A stretch of 64,000 nt of DNA, taken from assembly GCF_963506605.1 (NCBI RefSeq), contig NC_083276.1:82212001-82276000 (forward strand), in the 5' to 3' direction. This stretch comes from Zootoca vivipara (taxonomy: Eukaryota). The position numbers were made by a program, and so were the translations under genes. The notes beneath the pieces are model-generated. The model ran no database searches, had not been told where the DNA came from, and saw only the letters and a list, made by a program, of their open reading frames with translations. Shown here one piece after another: positions 37,700-51,353 of the stretch (the first letter of the stretch is position 1; each line of letters opens with the position of its first letter).

Positions 37700-37845
37700 T
37701 CTCCATGCTATTGCACAGAGTATGGGAAACAAGCAAGTTGAATTTGAACCTAATGGCTATTACTGAAGCTTATGGGGTGGGACTCATTACAGGAATGTAG
37801 AAATTGAGGGGTATAACCTGTTCAAAAGGAATTGCCCAAACATTT
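37700..37845 (+). mobile_element. CR1 endonuclease-domain fragment
   Basis: Degenerate SMGNKQ-E-E...ITE-W...H--NVEIEGYNLFKRN-P coding. Confidence 0.55.
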
Positions 37846-37983
37846 GTAAAACCAAAAATATGAGGCAAAATGTTCAGGCTCTATTCTCATTTGCTTTTTA
37901 AAAAGAAGGTAGCCTTTCCCCACCTTTCAGTGTTCTTAGCCAATGGATAAAATTATAGCATTGATTGACCTTTAAAACAACCA

Positions 37984-38044
<61 letters not shown>

Positions 38045-40621
38045 AGCATCTGTACCCTACTCTGCAGCCAAAATGGTTAACAAAGTGGCTTACATACATC
38101 ATTTAAACAAGACAGTTCCTGCCTACAAGTGAGTTCTGCTTCTTGTTATGTAAGCCAGGGGGTGCTGTATGATTGTAATACTTTTTGGACCCTTGAGTTC
38201 CTGCAGTTTCCATTGTGCAGTACTCCAAGGTGAGTTTCTTCTTTTAGTCTTGCCTTATAGTAATAAAGGACATTTGTTCTTTGAGAGGCCTGCTTCCTTC
38301 TGATATGCTTTCCTGATACCTGATACTTCCCATCTCTCCCAATGAGGTGGTCTGATGGAACACCTGCTTTCAGGTAACTCCTCACACTTGTGAAATTGCA
38401 AAAGCCACAATAATGCATTGGAGAAGATCCATTAGTGATGAGAAATAGCTCAGGTATTGTGCATAGTTCCTTTCTCCTGTAAATGACTAGAAAAACTAGA
38501 GTAAGTTGTGAAAAAAAGCAAAAATGAAACCTTAAACACCATGTATGTTCTAACTTAATTCACACAGGCTACAGAATCCTGGCTCTCTTGGTGTGGAATC
38601 TGGATTACTTTGTGAAAGTTCCTCAGCATTCCAATGCAAATTTCTCCCAATAAACTTATTCTTGCACACAATTTTGCCTGATATAAAGCATGCTTTTTAT
38701 TTTCGCTGATTTATGCATTCATATGCACATTTCACTCTAGTTTGTGAATATTACTTGACTGGGGATGTGTATTGCAAAATTCAGAGAAGTCTGAATTTTG
38801 ACTGATGGAGTTGTTTTGGTTCACATTGCTTCAGAAAGTGGAAACCAGGTAAGTTCACCTTTAAATGTGCACTGAATCACATCTCTCCCTCATCATTAGG
38901 CTGTGGGAGGTAAGAGTGCATTGAGTGGTAAGCTGCTACTGCATAGTTCCACTAGGCTTGCCTGTGTTTACTTCTGGTTGGTCTGCCCAGAATGCAGAAG
39001 TCAGTGGCAGCCTAGCTGATGCCTCGTACTTGTGAAATTGCAAAAGCTACAGGAAAGCTTTGGAGGAGGCCACAGAATCCCGGTTCCTTTGGGTTACTTA
39101 GTATAGTATTTTGGATTTTTGAGAGTAGAGTCTGAACAACACTGACAATGTACTAGGCAGATTGCATTCTAGTGGTGATTTCCATGAAAAATATCTGATA
39201 ACATCAAGCTGCTTCTTCTATTTATAACCAACCCGTCAACCCAAAGATACCCAGGACAGTAAACAAACAATTCATAAGACTACAACACAACAATATGACA
39301 TAAAAACCATGGAGCATTAGTCCTACTCAGAATCTAAATGAATATGACTAACATAGCTGATAAATTTCAGTGGGTCTACTCTCGGTATATGCTAGTTGGA
39401 TACAACACGATAATGAGAATTAGTGTTATAAAATAGCAAACCAGCTGTTTTCATGATGACACATTGTGTGGCGATACCCCGATCCCTCCCAGAATAAAGA
39501 AAGTCACAGGACACATTGCATAAGGTTAATGGGCATAAAAGGCCACAACTTTATTGATTACGGATGTAGAGAGGTATTGGCTTAGGCATTGGATCTAACC
39601 ATCTATATCCGACTCCAGCCTGCTCTGCTGGCAGTCTGTGAAGGGTTAACCACCGTTGGGTGAGCCCTGCGATGCAGATCAACTAGGAACTCACCCTGGG
39701 ACCCCGCTAGGGGGCGTGCCTTAGGCCCTCACCTACTATGGCTTCGGACATGGCCACGCCCCCGGACTCCTTAAGGGAGTACCCTTCAGCATTTTGGGGG
39801 AGATGATGGCAGCAACCTCCCCCCCACCTGTACCCTTTCAGAGATAATCCAATGCCTACCGCCAATCAAGCCTGAAGGGCTCGCCGCCAATACCCTCACA
39901 ACCGTAACCAATACCTAATAGCATCGAGAATGTCAGCAAGCCAAACATCATTTCCCTCATTAGGGAGATGTATGGCATCATCACGGTATAGGGACGCCTC
40001 GCTGAACCTTTTTGGCTAGGTGTGAAATGGACACCTTTCTGGCCATTGCCAGATCCCAAAAACTCCCTTGATTTATTAATAGCAGCAGGGGAGAGGCAGT
40101 TGCAGCAAATGCGACTTCCAGCAGCGAGGACCAAAGGGACTTTTTAAAAAAGAAGATGGTGGGATCCTCCTGTTATGTATGCTAGGAGGTGCTGTATTTG
40201 AATGTAATGCTTTCTGGACCCTTGAGCTCCTGTGCTTTTCATGGTGCAGTACTCCAAGGGGATTTTCTTCTTTTAGTCTTGTCTTGTAGAAATAAAGGGA
40301 CACTTCTTTCTGATATCTTTCTGATATCCCAACACAACACTTCCCAATCTCTCCCATTGAGTTGGTCTGATGGAATGCCTGCTTTCCATGGAATGACTGC
40401 TTTGAAGAGTCCACAAGAAGTTTCAGTCAATCTCATTCAGCACAAATGATTTTGAAATTGCAAATGACATTGCTCAATGAATGACAGACAATAACTCTGT
40501 GGTGGAACTCCTTCGTTTTCTGATTCTCTAGCAAGTAGAAAAATGAGGATCAACTATAAGGGAAACGAAAGAGTTCTGAAACCTACAAGTCAAGTTCCTA
40601 TAGAACCAGTTCACTCACTCA

Positions 40622-40660
<39 letters not shown>

Positions 40661-40683
40661 CCATTCAGTAATAATATTGCATT

Positions 40684-41622
40684 CTAGTTTAAGACAGAAT
40701 TCAGCTTCTTGTTGAAGAGTTTTCTGAAAGCTTCCTTAACATCTTTGTTCCTCAGGCTGTAGATCAGAGGATTGAGCATGGGGATCACTACTGTGTAGAA
40801 CACAGAAGCCCATTTGTCTTGATCCAAGGCATAGACAGAAGTGGGCCGGAGATACATGAAAATCACAGTCCCATAAAATAAAGTTACCCCTGTGAAGTGG
40901 GATCCACAGGTGGAGAAAGCTTTGAGCCTCCCTGAGGGCATTCTCAGGACAGCTGCTAAAATGAAGATGTAAGAGAGAAGGATGATTGAGAGGGAGCTCA
41001 TCTCAACAAAGCCAGCAAATGCAAAAAGCAAAATCTCATTAATGTGGGTATCAGAACAAGCGATTGCCAGCAGTGGAGGGACATCACAGAAGAAATGGTT
41101 GATGAGGTTGGAATTGCAGAACTGCAGACTGAAGGTGGCTGTTGTGTGTATTATGGCATTAGTCGTGCCAGCAATGTACGATCCAAGTAGGAGCCGGATG
41201 CAGAGGGACTTGGACATGGCAGTGGAATAGAGCAGTGGGTTGCAAATGGCCACATAGCGGTCATAGGCCATCACTGCTAAAATGTAGCACTCGGCATCCA
41301 CAAAGGCAGCAAAGAAGTAGAACTGGGCAGTACATTCCGGGAAGGAGATGGTCCTGCTCTCAGATAACAAGTCAGACAGCATTCTGGGAGCAATGGCAGA
41401 TGAGTAGCAGATGTCACAGAAGGACAGGTGCCAGAGGAAGAAGTACATAGGATTGTGAAGGTGGGAATCAAGTGTGATCAAGATGATCATGCCTAGGTTT
41501 CCCACAACATTGACCAGATAGATGATCAGGAATACCACAAAGAATAAGACTTTCATACCTGGATCATTTGAGATGCCCTGGAGAATGAATTCGGTGACAG
41601 TGGTACTGTTTTCATTCACCAT
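40684..41622 (-). CDS. OR5AR1-like: Olfactory receptor, OR5AR1-like, intact, 312 aa
   Basis: Diagnostic strings shared with mammalian OR5AR1 as recalled: [61 protein letters not shown]. Acceptor at ~41645. Confidence 0.93.
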   Translation of the reverse strand: MVNENSTTVTEFILQGISNDPGMKVLFFVVFLIIYLVNVVGNLGMIILITLDSHLHNPMYFFLWHLSFCDICYSSAIAPRMLSDLLSESRTISFPECTAQFYFFAAFVDAECYILAVMAYDRYVAICNPLLYSTAMSKSLCIRLLLGSYIAGTTNAIIHTTATFSLQFCNSNLINHFFCDVPPLLAIACSDTHINEILLFAFAGFVEMSSLSIILLSYIFILAAVLRMPSGRLKAFSTCGSHFTGVTLFYGTVIFMYLRPTSVYALDQDKWASVFYTVVIPMLNPLIYSLRNKDVKEAFRKLFNKKLNSVLN

Positions 41623-43620
41623 TTTTAAGAAAAGATACAGTGGTCTGGAGCAATGTAGGAAATGTGGATGGCAGGGTTGTTTTAAGTATTAATTAGTCTA
41701 TGAGATGTCCAAGTTTGCTTGGGTCCCAGTTGCTCTGCGAGGCTGAGGATGACACAGCTGTGTCTTACCACGGCTTCATGTGGAGATTTTAGAAGATCCA
41801 GAGTTCCTGAGTGATGCTCCCCATTGTCTTTTCCTTAAACCTTTCTACAAGTGGGAGATATGAACTCCGAAGTTTTGATCATTGGTTAAGTCAGCATCCT
41901 ACTGATCCTTGTAAACTCCTGGGTGTCTATTTATTACGCATTGAGTTTCCTACCTCTGAAAAATAATGTGATTATTACAGAGTAGGAATGGTAGAGTCCG
42001 GGAGCTCTGTCCCCAGAGGATTTCTTATCTCTGATTCCCTCATCAGGAGACATATCTTTGTAGAGCTTTCAAGGGTATAAGCATCCCATGCAATTTGCTT
42101 TCTCATTGTGTTCACTGTCATTTCCCCTCCCCTCCTGCACAAGAAATACGTGGCATCCATTTCTCTTGCTTTCTGGCAGGGTTTCTGTGACCTTAATTCA
42201 GCAGCAGGGAACAGCATAATTGTGGTTTGTCAGGGGCTCTAATGTTCCTTCCTGCACCTGACATCCCCAATGCTCTCAAGGACTGCCAGGACTCTGAAGA
42301 GTGTGGAATGCAGGCAGATGACCAGTGCAGTAATCCAGACCATTGATTTATGGGTCCTGACACTGCCCACAAGGCAGGAGCCAGGGGAGATGGGGGAGTC
42401 AGGACAGACTGGGATGGAGGAAGGCACACCAGATGGGGCAGCAGCGGAAGAGGCTCTTCACCTTTGGTGCCGCTAGAAGGTGGAGGGGTGGAGTTTCCCT
42501 GTTGCTGCAACTGCTCCACAAGTCCCTGACTCATGGGTGCTGGGGCCCTGGGTGCCTGACCATCCACAAAAATCCCCATGAAGTGTCCAGGCAACCACAA
42601 ATTTTGGTGCTAGTGCCATGCTGGCACTCCTGCCCAGACCTGTAGCTGCCTAGAGGGTAGAGATGTGTGTATGTATGTATGTATGTATGTATGTATGTAT
42701 GTATGTATGTGTATCTGGAGCCCTGTGGGAACTTCTGTAAGCGTTTCACTTGGCAATGAAGAGTTAACTACCAGATTTGTGCCTTCCTTATCTGAGACTG
42801 GCTGTGATGTCAGCTATGGGGCAGGTAAAAATGCAGCTTCCTGTTGAAAACAGAGTTTGCTGATGCTGCCAACCAGCAATAACTGCAAACACTGGATCCC
42901 TTTCCCACATTTTTTTGATTTCACAACACGTTGGCAAAAGAAATTGGGTTTGTAGGCATGAACGATGAATTGATCAGCAGCACTTGCACACTCCTGTGCC
43001 TTTGTTTGCATGGTTTAACTGATAAGTTGAGGTGTGAGAGATCTGTTTTTTTTATCTCCATTCCAGTGAGCATGCCCTGCCTAGCATCAAAAATGCTCTG
43101 TCACAGGTCAGAACCAGCCAGGAAGCCCCTGGTAGTGGCTATACCAACAAGGCCTCTCCTGCTGATTGCAGGGTCCAAAAGAGTTGTTAATGGTGGAGGA
43201 AGGTGCTCTTTTAGGGACTTGGGTCCCAAGCAACTTAGGGCTTTATATGCTTCGTCAAACATACCTTCTCTAACACACTCTTGTGGAACAGTTGCCCTAT
43301 GCAATGAATTTTTATCGAGAATTGGGATGGGGGAATCTGTGGCCCTCTGGATGTTATTGGACTACAACTCCCATTGTCCCTGATCATGCTGGCTGGAGTC
43401 CAGCTACTGTACATCTAGAGGGCCACAGGACATTGAATTTCTGCTTCTTCACACATCAGCACTGATGTAATAGCCACCAACACCCAGAACAAATAACCCA
43501 TTGCAATAACAAAGGCCAGTTTTATCATATACTTTCTAATTTTTTATCATTATGAAACAGGAAACATATAATTTTAAAAGAAATTGTTATATTCATATTT
43601 ATTTTCAAATTACATTATAA

Positions 43621-43756
43621 CAGGCATAAGCAAACTCAGCCCTCCAGATGTTTTGGAACTACAACTCCCACCATCCCTGACCACTGGTCCTGTTAACTAG
43701 GGATGATGGGAGTTGTAGTCCCAAAACATCTGGAGGGCCAAGTTTGCCTACGCCTG
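43621..43756. mobile_element. Short palindromic hAT MITE
   Basis: caggcataagcaaact...agtttgcctacgcctg; same family as 21318-21452. Confidence 0.8.
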
Positions 43757-44533
43757 AATTAGAACATCTCAACTAAATATTTTGGGTATAGTGAGGAATG
43801 AACTTTGTTATGCTCATAGACGTTCTATATGAGAGCAATACATCGATCCAGGATATACACAAGTGACTAATATTGCAATCCTATGCAGCATGCCTTATCA
43901 GAAGTAAGTCTCATTGAATTAAATGCAGCGATAAGGGAGTAATTCAGTTTGGTTAACATCTCAATGAGAACCTGCCTCTAATTTTTTCTTCCAGAAGCAA
44001 TATGCAGCCCAAAGAGCAGCCATCCTTTGAAATGGGCACCTCTCTGAATTTTGCAATGCAGTCTTCCAACTAAATTATGAGTAAAAATGCATTGTATTTG
44101 GGGAAATGGACACTAAAGTGCTGATGAATTTTTGTGAGGACTTAAGTGCAAAATTGAACCTAAGTTTGGGAAACTGAAAAACTGTGGGACATTTAAAATG
44201 ACAGATTTATACACCCTTAGTTAAATGAGATGCCCAGGTAAGTGGGTATAGGATGGTGGCCTAGGGTTCAAATACTTTATCAGGGAAAATGATCTAAAAT
44301 GTTTGTTATCTGCAGCAATAGCCAGCCTCAAAATGGACAGAGGGAGAAAAGGAAGAATTAGTCCAACATGAATGGGTCTTATGAGTATGAAACATAGTGT
44401 CTCACAAATAATGCCTTATACAAACGAGGTTCTGAGGACACATCTACATAAAAACACATGCCAAAAGATCTTACTAATGAGTAATGATGCTAAGCTACTA
44501 GAAACAAAACTGCATGCTTCCAGTTATATTCAG

Positions 44534-45469
44534 TCATGCTGCCCTCCATTTCATTGCCAGTTTCTTCAGAGCATGTTTTACATCCTTGTTCCTGAGGCTG
44601 TAGATGAGAGGATTAAGCATAGGGATCACTACTGTGTAGAAAACAGAGACCACTTTGTCCCTCTCCAAAGCATAGCTGGAGCTGGGGCGTGAGTAGATGA
44701 AGAGGATGGAGCCATAGTACAAAGCAACTGCAATCAGATGGGAAGAACATGTGGAGAAGGCTTTCAGTCTCCCTTCAGTGGAGCGGATCCTCAAGATGGC
44801 AGCCAGAATGAAGGCATAGGAGGCAAGGATAAGTGCAGAGGGTGTAATTACATTAGAAGCCAAAATGAAGTACAACACAGACTGATAGCTCTTGGGCACA
44901 TTGCAGGATAGCTTCACCAATGGGGGTAAGTCACAGAAGAAGTCATCGATGATGTTGCCATCACAGAAGCTCAGTGTGAAGGTTTCACTAGTGATTAAGG
45001 TGGAATTAATAAATCCACCGAGATATGAGAGGGCCACCAGTACTGTGCACAGCTTTCTGGACATGGCAGTGGCATACGACAATGGCTTGGCTATCGCCAT
45101 ATAACGGTCATAGGCCATGGCTGCCAGAAGGTAGCACTCGCTATAGGCAAGGGCAGCTGAGAAGAAGAACTGGGAGGCACAACCACCAAAGGAAATGCTC
45201 TTGTCTTCAGAGATGCAGTTGACCAAGATCTTTGGCGTATAGACAGAGGAATACCACAGATCCAGGAAGGAAAGGTTCCCAATGAAGAAATACATGGGCG
45301 TCTGGAGGTGAGAGCTGCTGCAGATTAGAGCAATTAATGTTATATTCCCTGCCAGGCTGGCTATATATATTATCAGAAACAGTACAAATAAGATCAGTTG
45401 CAGTTTGGGGTTTGTTGTGAAACCCAGCAGAATGAAGTCGGTCACTGTGGTGTGATTTCCTTCCTCCAT
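44534..45469 (-). CDS. OR9G1-like: Olfactory receptor, OR9G1-like (G1), intact, 311 aa
   Basis: [60 protein letters not shown] and LASNVI-P match mammalian OR9G1 as recalled. The ATG of MEEGNHT lies downstream of an acceptor at 45488. Confidence 0.93.
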   Translation of the reverse strand: MEEGNHTTVTDFILLGFTTNPKLQLILFVLFLIIYIASLAGNITLIALICSSSHLQTPMYFFIGNLSFLDLWYSSVYTPKILVNCISEDKSISFGGCASQFFFSAALAYSECYLLAAMAYDRYMAIAKPLSYATAMSRKLCTVLVALSYLGGFINSTLITSETFTLSFCDGNIIDDFFCDLPPLVKLSCNVPKSYQSVLYFILASNVITPSALILASYAFILAAILRIRSTEGRLKAFSTCSSHLIAVALYYGSILFIYSRPSSSYALERDKVVSVFYTVVIPMLNPLIYSLRNKDVKHALKKLAMKWRAA

Positions 45470-46049
45470 GAAGCTATGTGGGATTAGCTGGTAAGGAAAT
45501 TGAAGACATACACTGAAGTTCTGACATATCAGAATAGCATCAGTTCTCAATGAGCTACATCAGGCATGGGAAACCTCAAGACCTTATCTACAACACGCCC
45601 TCTCTCCATCCTACAGTCCCTCTAGAGATGAGCAAGAAATTCTATTCAGGTCTAATTTAAAGCCAAATCTATCAAATTTGCACTTTCGGAACCGAGACGC
45701 AGCTATCCTTTGAAATTTTCACTCATCCAAATTTTGCTATGCAGTTTGCCAACCAAACATTATTTACAAAAGTGCATATATTAGGGGAATGCGGATATTA
45801 AAAACATGTAATTTAGTGAAAACTGTGTATACAAATGTGTTTATTAGGAGAAATTTAAACTAAAATGCTGGTGAATTTTCATGAGGATTCTATTATTATT
45901 ATTTTGCAACTTGCTGCAAAATGTGAAGAACAGAATTAAAAATGGAGGAAGCAGAGAGAACAGGCCCTTCTTGAAGACTTTGGCTTGGCTGAAATGAGTC
46001 CCTGAACTGTGATAATGCCTTTTACTTGATTGGATGGATCTCTGTTTCT

Positions 46050-46119
<70 letters not shown>

Positions 46120-49100
46120 TTGTGTGCACAGAAACCTCTGGTTTTTCCACAGGCAGAATGCAGCTTACTGTGCAGAGGTGTCACAGCTGCTGCTTCACCC
46201 AGTTTTGCCCTGGCCCATTGTACATCACTGACATGTGGTCCTTGGAAGCTTGCCCACATGAGGAAAGGCCACCATTGAGCTGAAAAAAGTCCCCACCTCT
46301 GAGCTAAATAGCTTGTGGTGCTCTTAGCATTTGGAAAATAAGAGATCTCTGATCTTAACAAGTCAGAGGACAACAGTGGGAAAGGATGCAGGCAATGCTC
46401 TTACACCTCCCAAATTATTCCACAGCCCTGTTACCCCATCCAATGTGCTATATAAAGATCCAACTGTCACTTATTGTTAAAAGTTTTGATTTACCTGGTC
46501 ATGCCCACCATTTTATGGTTGATTGGACATTCTATGGCCTTTTAAATGTGTTTATGGGAAGTGCTATTGGTTTGCTTTTGTTTTGTTATGCATTTTGTAT
46601 TCTCATTTTGCATTTTTATGTCATAAGCTGCCCTGTGGTGTTCAGATGAAGGGAGGCATACAAAGTTTAATGATGATGATGATGATGATCTCCCCCTTTG
46701 TAAAAACAGGTGTTTAGAATAGGCGTCTTTGGAACTTAAATAGAAATCCAGTAGAAAGAAATATGAAAGAGCAGCAATTAAAGCAGAAAGGACAGTTGCT
46801 TTCCATTTTAAGTGCTCCATTTCTGCTTAGGAAATATGCTTTCAAAATGGGATTTACACATGAACTCATTTTAATGGGAGTTGTATTAAAGCCATATTTA
46901 TTATATTGCATTAATCATTTTTTAATCCAGTTTTATTCTTTTAAAAAATTGCTGACATATACCTAGAGGTATTTCAAGCATGCTTTTAGAAGTGCTGCCA
47001 TTAGTGCCAATCTCCATTACAATTATAACCTTGAATTTAATCTGGGCACCCAAGTCTTTGAAGTGTGTTGCGTTTGATTGCCTTACCTTTCCCAGCTCAG
47101 GCAACGAGGTTTGTCATCAACCTTCTCCTCCTCGTTCTTTCCAGACAACATTTCAATGACAACAAAACAACAAGGTGCATAACATATGCTGTGAGAATTG
47201 ATTCTCAAATGTGATTTGCTTGGTCAGTCAACTGATTTCTTCTGCGGGTTTTGTGCTGTACAAGCCAGTATGAAGAGAGGAGTGAAAGAGGGTTTGTGTG
47301 CTTCTTATCAAAGATGGACATCTATAGAATAAAATAAGCTGAACCTGTTAGGTGATAAAGCTCTGGAACAAGAATTAGCTCTTAATCTTGATGATACCCA
47401 CTTCATAGGGCACAATATGATAGTCATGGATGATGCTGACTCCAGAAGAAAATGAGTTTATTCAATCCCTGGACTAATTTATATAAGTGCTGGAACCAGC
47501 AAGTCACCCACAACTCATTAGTGGCTTCAGAGCAGAAAATATTAATTGATATTTCCTCAGAGCATTCTATTGTCTCTTAAGGATTTTGTCCCAGTGCCTC
47601 TTTAACAACACAAAACGTCTCATGCTCTGCTGGGATTTGGTTTTATGCCTTTGGAATAACCTAATATATGGACAAGCAAATCAAGAGTCTTACTTTTCTT
47701 GTTGAGGAAACAGACTTTGAGAACCCATTGCCCAAATCTCTCTAGTGTGCATTTCTTTCTTTTGGTGCTTTCAGATATATATATTTGGAAGAGCTGGAGG
47801 AGAAAAAGAAGACAGGAAGAGAAGGAAAATAATTTAGAGGGAACATCAGGATTATTTAGGGGGAGCATCAGAATAGCTAGTCCAGACCAGAGGGGATGTT
47901 TTTGTTACTTCAATCATCACCATTATCTTGTAACTAACTGTAATGATTGGCTGCTTCATAAGATCACACACCTATTTAATTAATTAAAATAGTTTTTACA
48001 AACCTCATTTACTGCAGATCCACTTACTGAAGCCCTGAAGCCCTTGCTCCTGCATTCAGATTCAGCATCCTTGTTCTTGTCCAGGGTCCTGAACTCACTC
48101 CACTATAAAATTAGACCAGACAGTTCAGGGCCTGCCTCATATCTTCCTGTTTGAAGCACTGCTTCTATTCAGCGACAGAGACAACTATGGATTAGGGAAA
48201 ATGTTTACTTGGCCTTTTTTGTCATCATTTTCAACAAAATAATTTCCTTTCTAAGCAAAACTCTTGGCTTTATATAATATTTCATTGATTCCCAAAGTTT
48301 CTCGACTGGTTTGTAAGAAACAGACCAGAAGTTCTGTTTTCTGCCTCAAAATGTTTCCCCTCATCTTTCAGAATTTTTTAAAAAATTAACCATCTCTTCT
48401 ACTGATTCCATAATCACTGAAGCTGCTTCACCATATTAAAGAGAGCCAGAAGGACAAATCCTAAAATCAAAAGATTAGACAGCAGGTTGCTTGCAGTGTA
48501 AGAATTTTGCATTGTTGTTGTAGGCATATTTTAAGCTAGATGAAAAGACTTTTGGTATGGAATGAAACAAGTAGTGAAGAACAGTTTAATTAATCTATTT
48601 TTCTTTAATATTGATGATACCGTACATTCCTGCCCATCTTCAGCCAACCTCCATGCATTTGATATAATGTCTAAAAGTATAGTTACTATATGCACAATTT
48701 GTGGGTTCTAAACTTTTGACCTCAAAAGTTTCAGACATATCTATTATACCCTTTCTTTGAATATTTTTGAAGAGGAAAATAGCAGGCACCATTATGTAGA
48801 TACCTGAAACTGATGAAAAGGAGACTCAGATTTGGCAGAATACTGATAATGTTGCACCTCAAGTCAAGCATGACTTCACTCAGCAGGCATAAAACCTCAC
48901 TGCAGACTATTTGTAGCACAGCAAAGCATAGCTACAAGGGGGTAGAATCCAGCTGAGTCATGTGATTTGGTTGACTGTGCAAATCAGTTGTTACTTTTCA
49001 CATACCAGTGTAGGAAATTCAAATACTCTCTTCCATTGGAAAATAGATTACATTATTTTATCTATTATTAACTGTATGAATATCCTTTCCTATAAATTTC

Positions 49101-49159
49101 AAGGCAGAGGTCAGATTGCAGAGGTTGGATAGCCAACCTCTGGCATGGGTGCTTTAGTT

Positions 49160-49238
49160 TAGATTCCTGCATTGCAAGGGGTTGGACTAGATTTCCCTTG
49201 GGGGTACCTTACAACTCTACAATTCAATGAGTCAATGA
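49160..49238 (+). mobile_element. CR1 3' tail fragment
   Basis: ttcctgcattgcaaggggttggactagat...aactctacaattcaatgagtcaatga. Confidence 0.7.
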
Positions 49239-49367
49239 AGCTCTCAACTTTCATGGGGTTTTGTTCCGGGGAGTGCACCAAAAGACAAAATTGCATCTAG
49301 TCAAAACACAATGGGTTCCATGGTGAGTTGTATTGCCTGTATACTGAGATGTTATAACATAGTTCTG

Positions 49368-50125
49368 GGACACAATATACAGATGGAGGAATGGGAAAAA
49401 CTATGAAAGAAAGAAAGAAAATTTACAGCATGTGTGGCAATTAAAGAAAACTATATGAAAATGATGTATACATGGTATCTAACTCCGGTTAAATTAGCAA
49501 AAATGTACAAAACTCAAGAAAATAAGTGTTGGAAATGTAAAGCAACAGAAGGTACATTTTTTCATATGTGGTGGGATTTCAAAATTGTTAAGATGTATTG
49601 AGAAATGATGTATAATGAAATGAAGAAGATGTTTAAAATAACCTTTGTCAAAAAACCAGAAGCTTTCCTATTAGGTATTACAGGAATGGATTTACCAAGA
49701 TCACAAAAGAACTTGTTTATCTACTCAACCACAGCTGCATGAACATTATTAGCATTACATTGGAAAGAAGAAAGTGTCCCAGCAAGTTAAATTAACGGAA
49801 TATGCTGAAATGGCAAAATTGACAGTGAAATTATGAGGAAGAGATGACAACGAATTTAAGGAATAATGGAAGGACTTTATTGCATATATTCAGAAGCAGT
49901 GTACAAACGTTAATACATTGGCAGGGTTTTAAGAATACTTGTCATTTATTATGAATAGATAATAAGTAATGCAAATGGTTAAAACTTTATAATGGACATG
50001 TAGTACATTGATATACAATGGAACCAAGGCAGGGAATTGGGGGGGATCTGTTTTGTTTTGTTTTTGTTTTCATTGTTTTTTGTTTTGTTATTGTTGGAAA
50101 ATCAATAAAATGTTATGGGAAAAAA
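49368..50125 (+). mobile_element. L1-clade LINE 3' fragment
   Basis: CWKCKATEGTFFHMWW zinc knuckle and aataaa/A-tail. 22-bp TSD gagatgttataacaYagttctg at 49346-49367 and 50126-50147. Confidence 0.88.
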
Positions 50126-50417
50126 GAGATGTTATAACACAGTTCTGAAGAGATTTAAAAAGCTAAGATGGAAGAGAGCATATTTATTGCTCTCATTTAT
50201 TCAGAAACAGATGCCTCCATTTGAGACTGACACATATTAAATTCATAGCTGTGGGTCATGTGTAGTTGAGAAGGGGGAAAATTGAGTTCTTAATACAGTT
50301 CCTAAAATGGGAGATATTGGGAAGGTATGACAATGATAGCATACAAATGTGTGTTAGAAAACCAGTTTACATTATAAATTCACTGATCTACTATGTCGTA
50401 TTTAAAGTCTTCTTCAT

Positions 50418-51353
50418 TTAGAACTCTGTCCTCCTTGTCATCAACTTCTGCACAGCCTTTTTCACATCCTTGTTCCTTAAGCTGTAAATCAGGGGGTTCA
50501 GCATGGGAAAGACTACTGTGTAGAATGTGGAAGCCCATTTGTCACGCTCCAAAGCATAGCTGGAACTGGGGCGTGAGTAAATGAAGAGGATGGAGCCATA
50601 GTATAAGGTGACAGCTGTCATGTGGGAGGCACATGTGGAGAAGGCTTTGCGCCTACCATCAGTGGAGTGGATTCTCAAGATGGCCACTAGTATAAAGGCG
50701 TAAGAGGCAAGGATGAAGGCTGAAGGGGCAATGATGTTAAAAGTCAGGAGAATGTACAGCATAGTCTGGTAATTCTCCGACACATTACAGGAAAGCTTCA
50801 CCAGAGGAGGTACGTCGCAGAAGAAGTCATCAATGACATTGCCATCACAGAAGCTCAATGTGAAGGTTTCACTAGTAAGGACAGTGGCATTGATGAACCC
50901 CCCGAGATAAGAGAGGGCCACCAGTGCTGTGCACAGCTTTGTGGACATGGCAGTGGCATATGAGAGTGGCTTAGCAATGGCCACATAACGGTCATAGGCC
51001 ATGGCTGCCAGAAGGTAGCACTCGCTATAGGCAAGGCCAGCTGAGAAGAAGAATTGGGAGGCACAACCACCAAAGGAAATGCTCTTGTCTTCAGAGATGC
51101 AGTTCACCAAGATCTTTGGCGTGTAGACGGAGGAATACCACAGATCCAGGAAGGAAAGGTTCCCAATGAAGAAATACATGGGTGTCTGGAGGTGAGAGCT
51201 GCTGCAGATTAGAACAATGAGTGCAATGTTCCCGGCTAGACTAGCTATATAAATGATGAGAAACACCACAAACAGTATCAGTTGCAGTTTGGGATTTGTT
51301 GTGAATCCCAAAAGGATGAATTCAGTGACTGTGGTGTGATTTCCTCCTTCCAT
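50418..51353 (-). CDS. OR9G1-like: Olfactory receptor, OR9G1-like (G2), intact, 311 aa (alternative in-frame ATG at 51371)
   Basis: OR motifs and OR9G1-type strings. Acceptor ...gttttcag at 51384. Confidence 0.93.
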   Translation of the reverse strand: MEGGNHTTVTEFILLGFTTNPKLQLILFVVFLIIYIASLAGNIALIVLICSSSHLQTPMYFFIGNLSFLDLWYSSVYTPKILVNCISEDKSISFGGCASQFFFSAGLAYSECYLLAAMAYDRYVAIAKPLSYATAMSTKLCTALVALSYLGGFINATVLTSETFTLSFCDGNVIDDFFCDVPPLVKLSCNVSENYQTMLYILLTFNIIAPSAFILASYAFILVAILRIHSTDGRRKAFSTCASHMTAVTLYYGSILFIYSRPSSSYALERDKWASTFYTVVFPMLNPLIYSLRNKDVKKAVQKLMTRRTEF

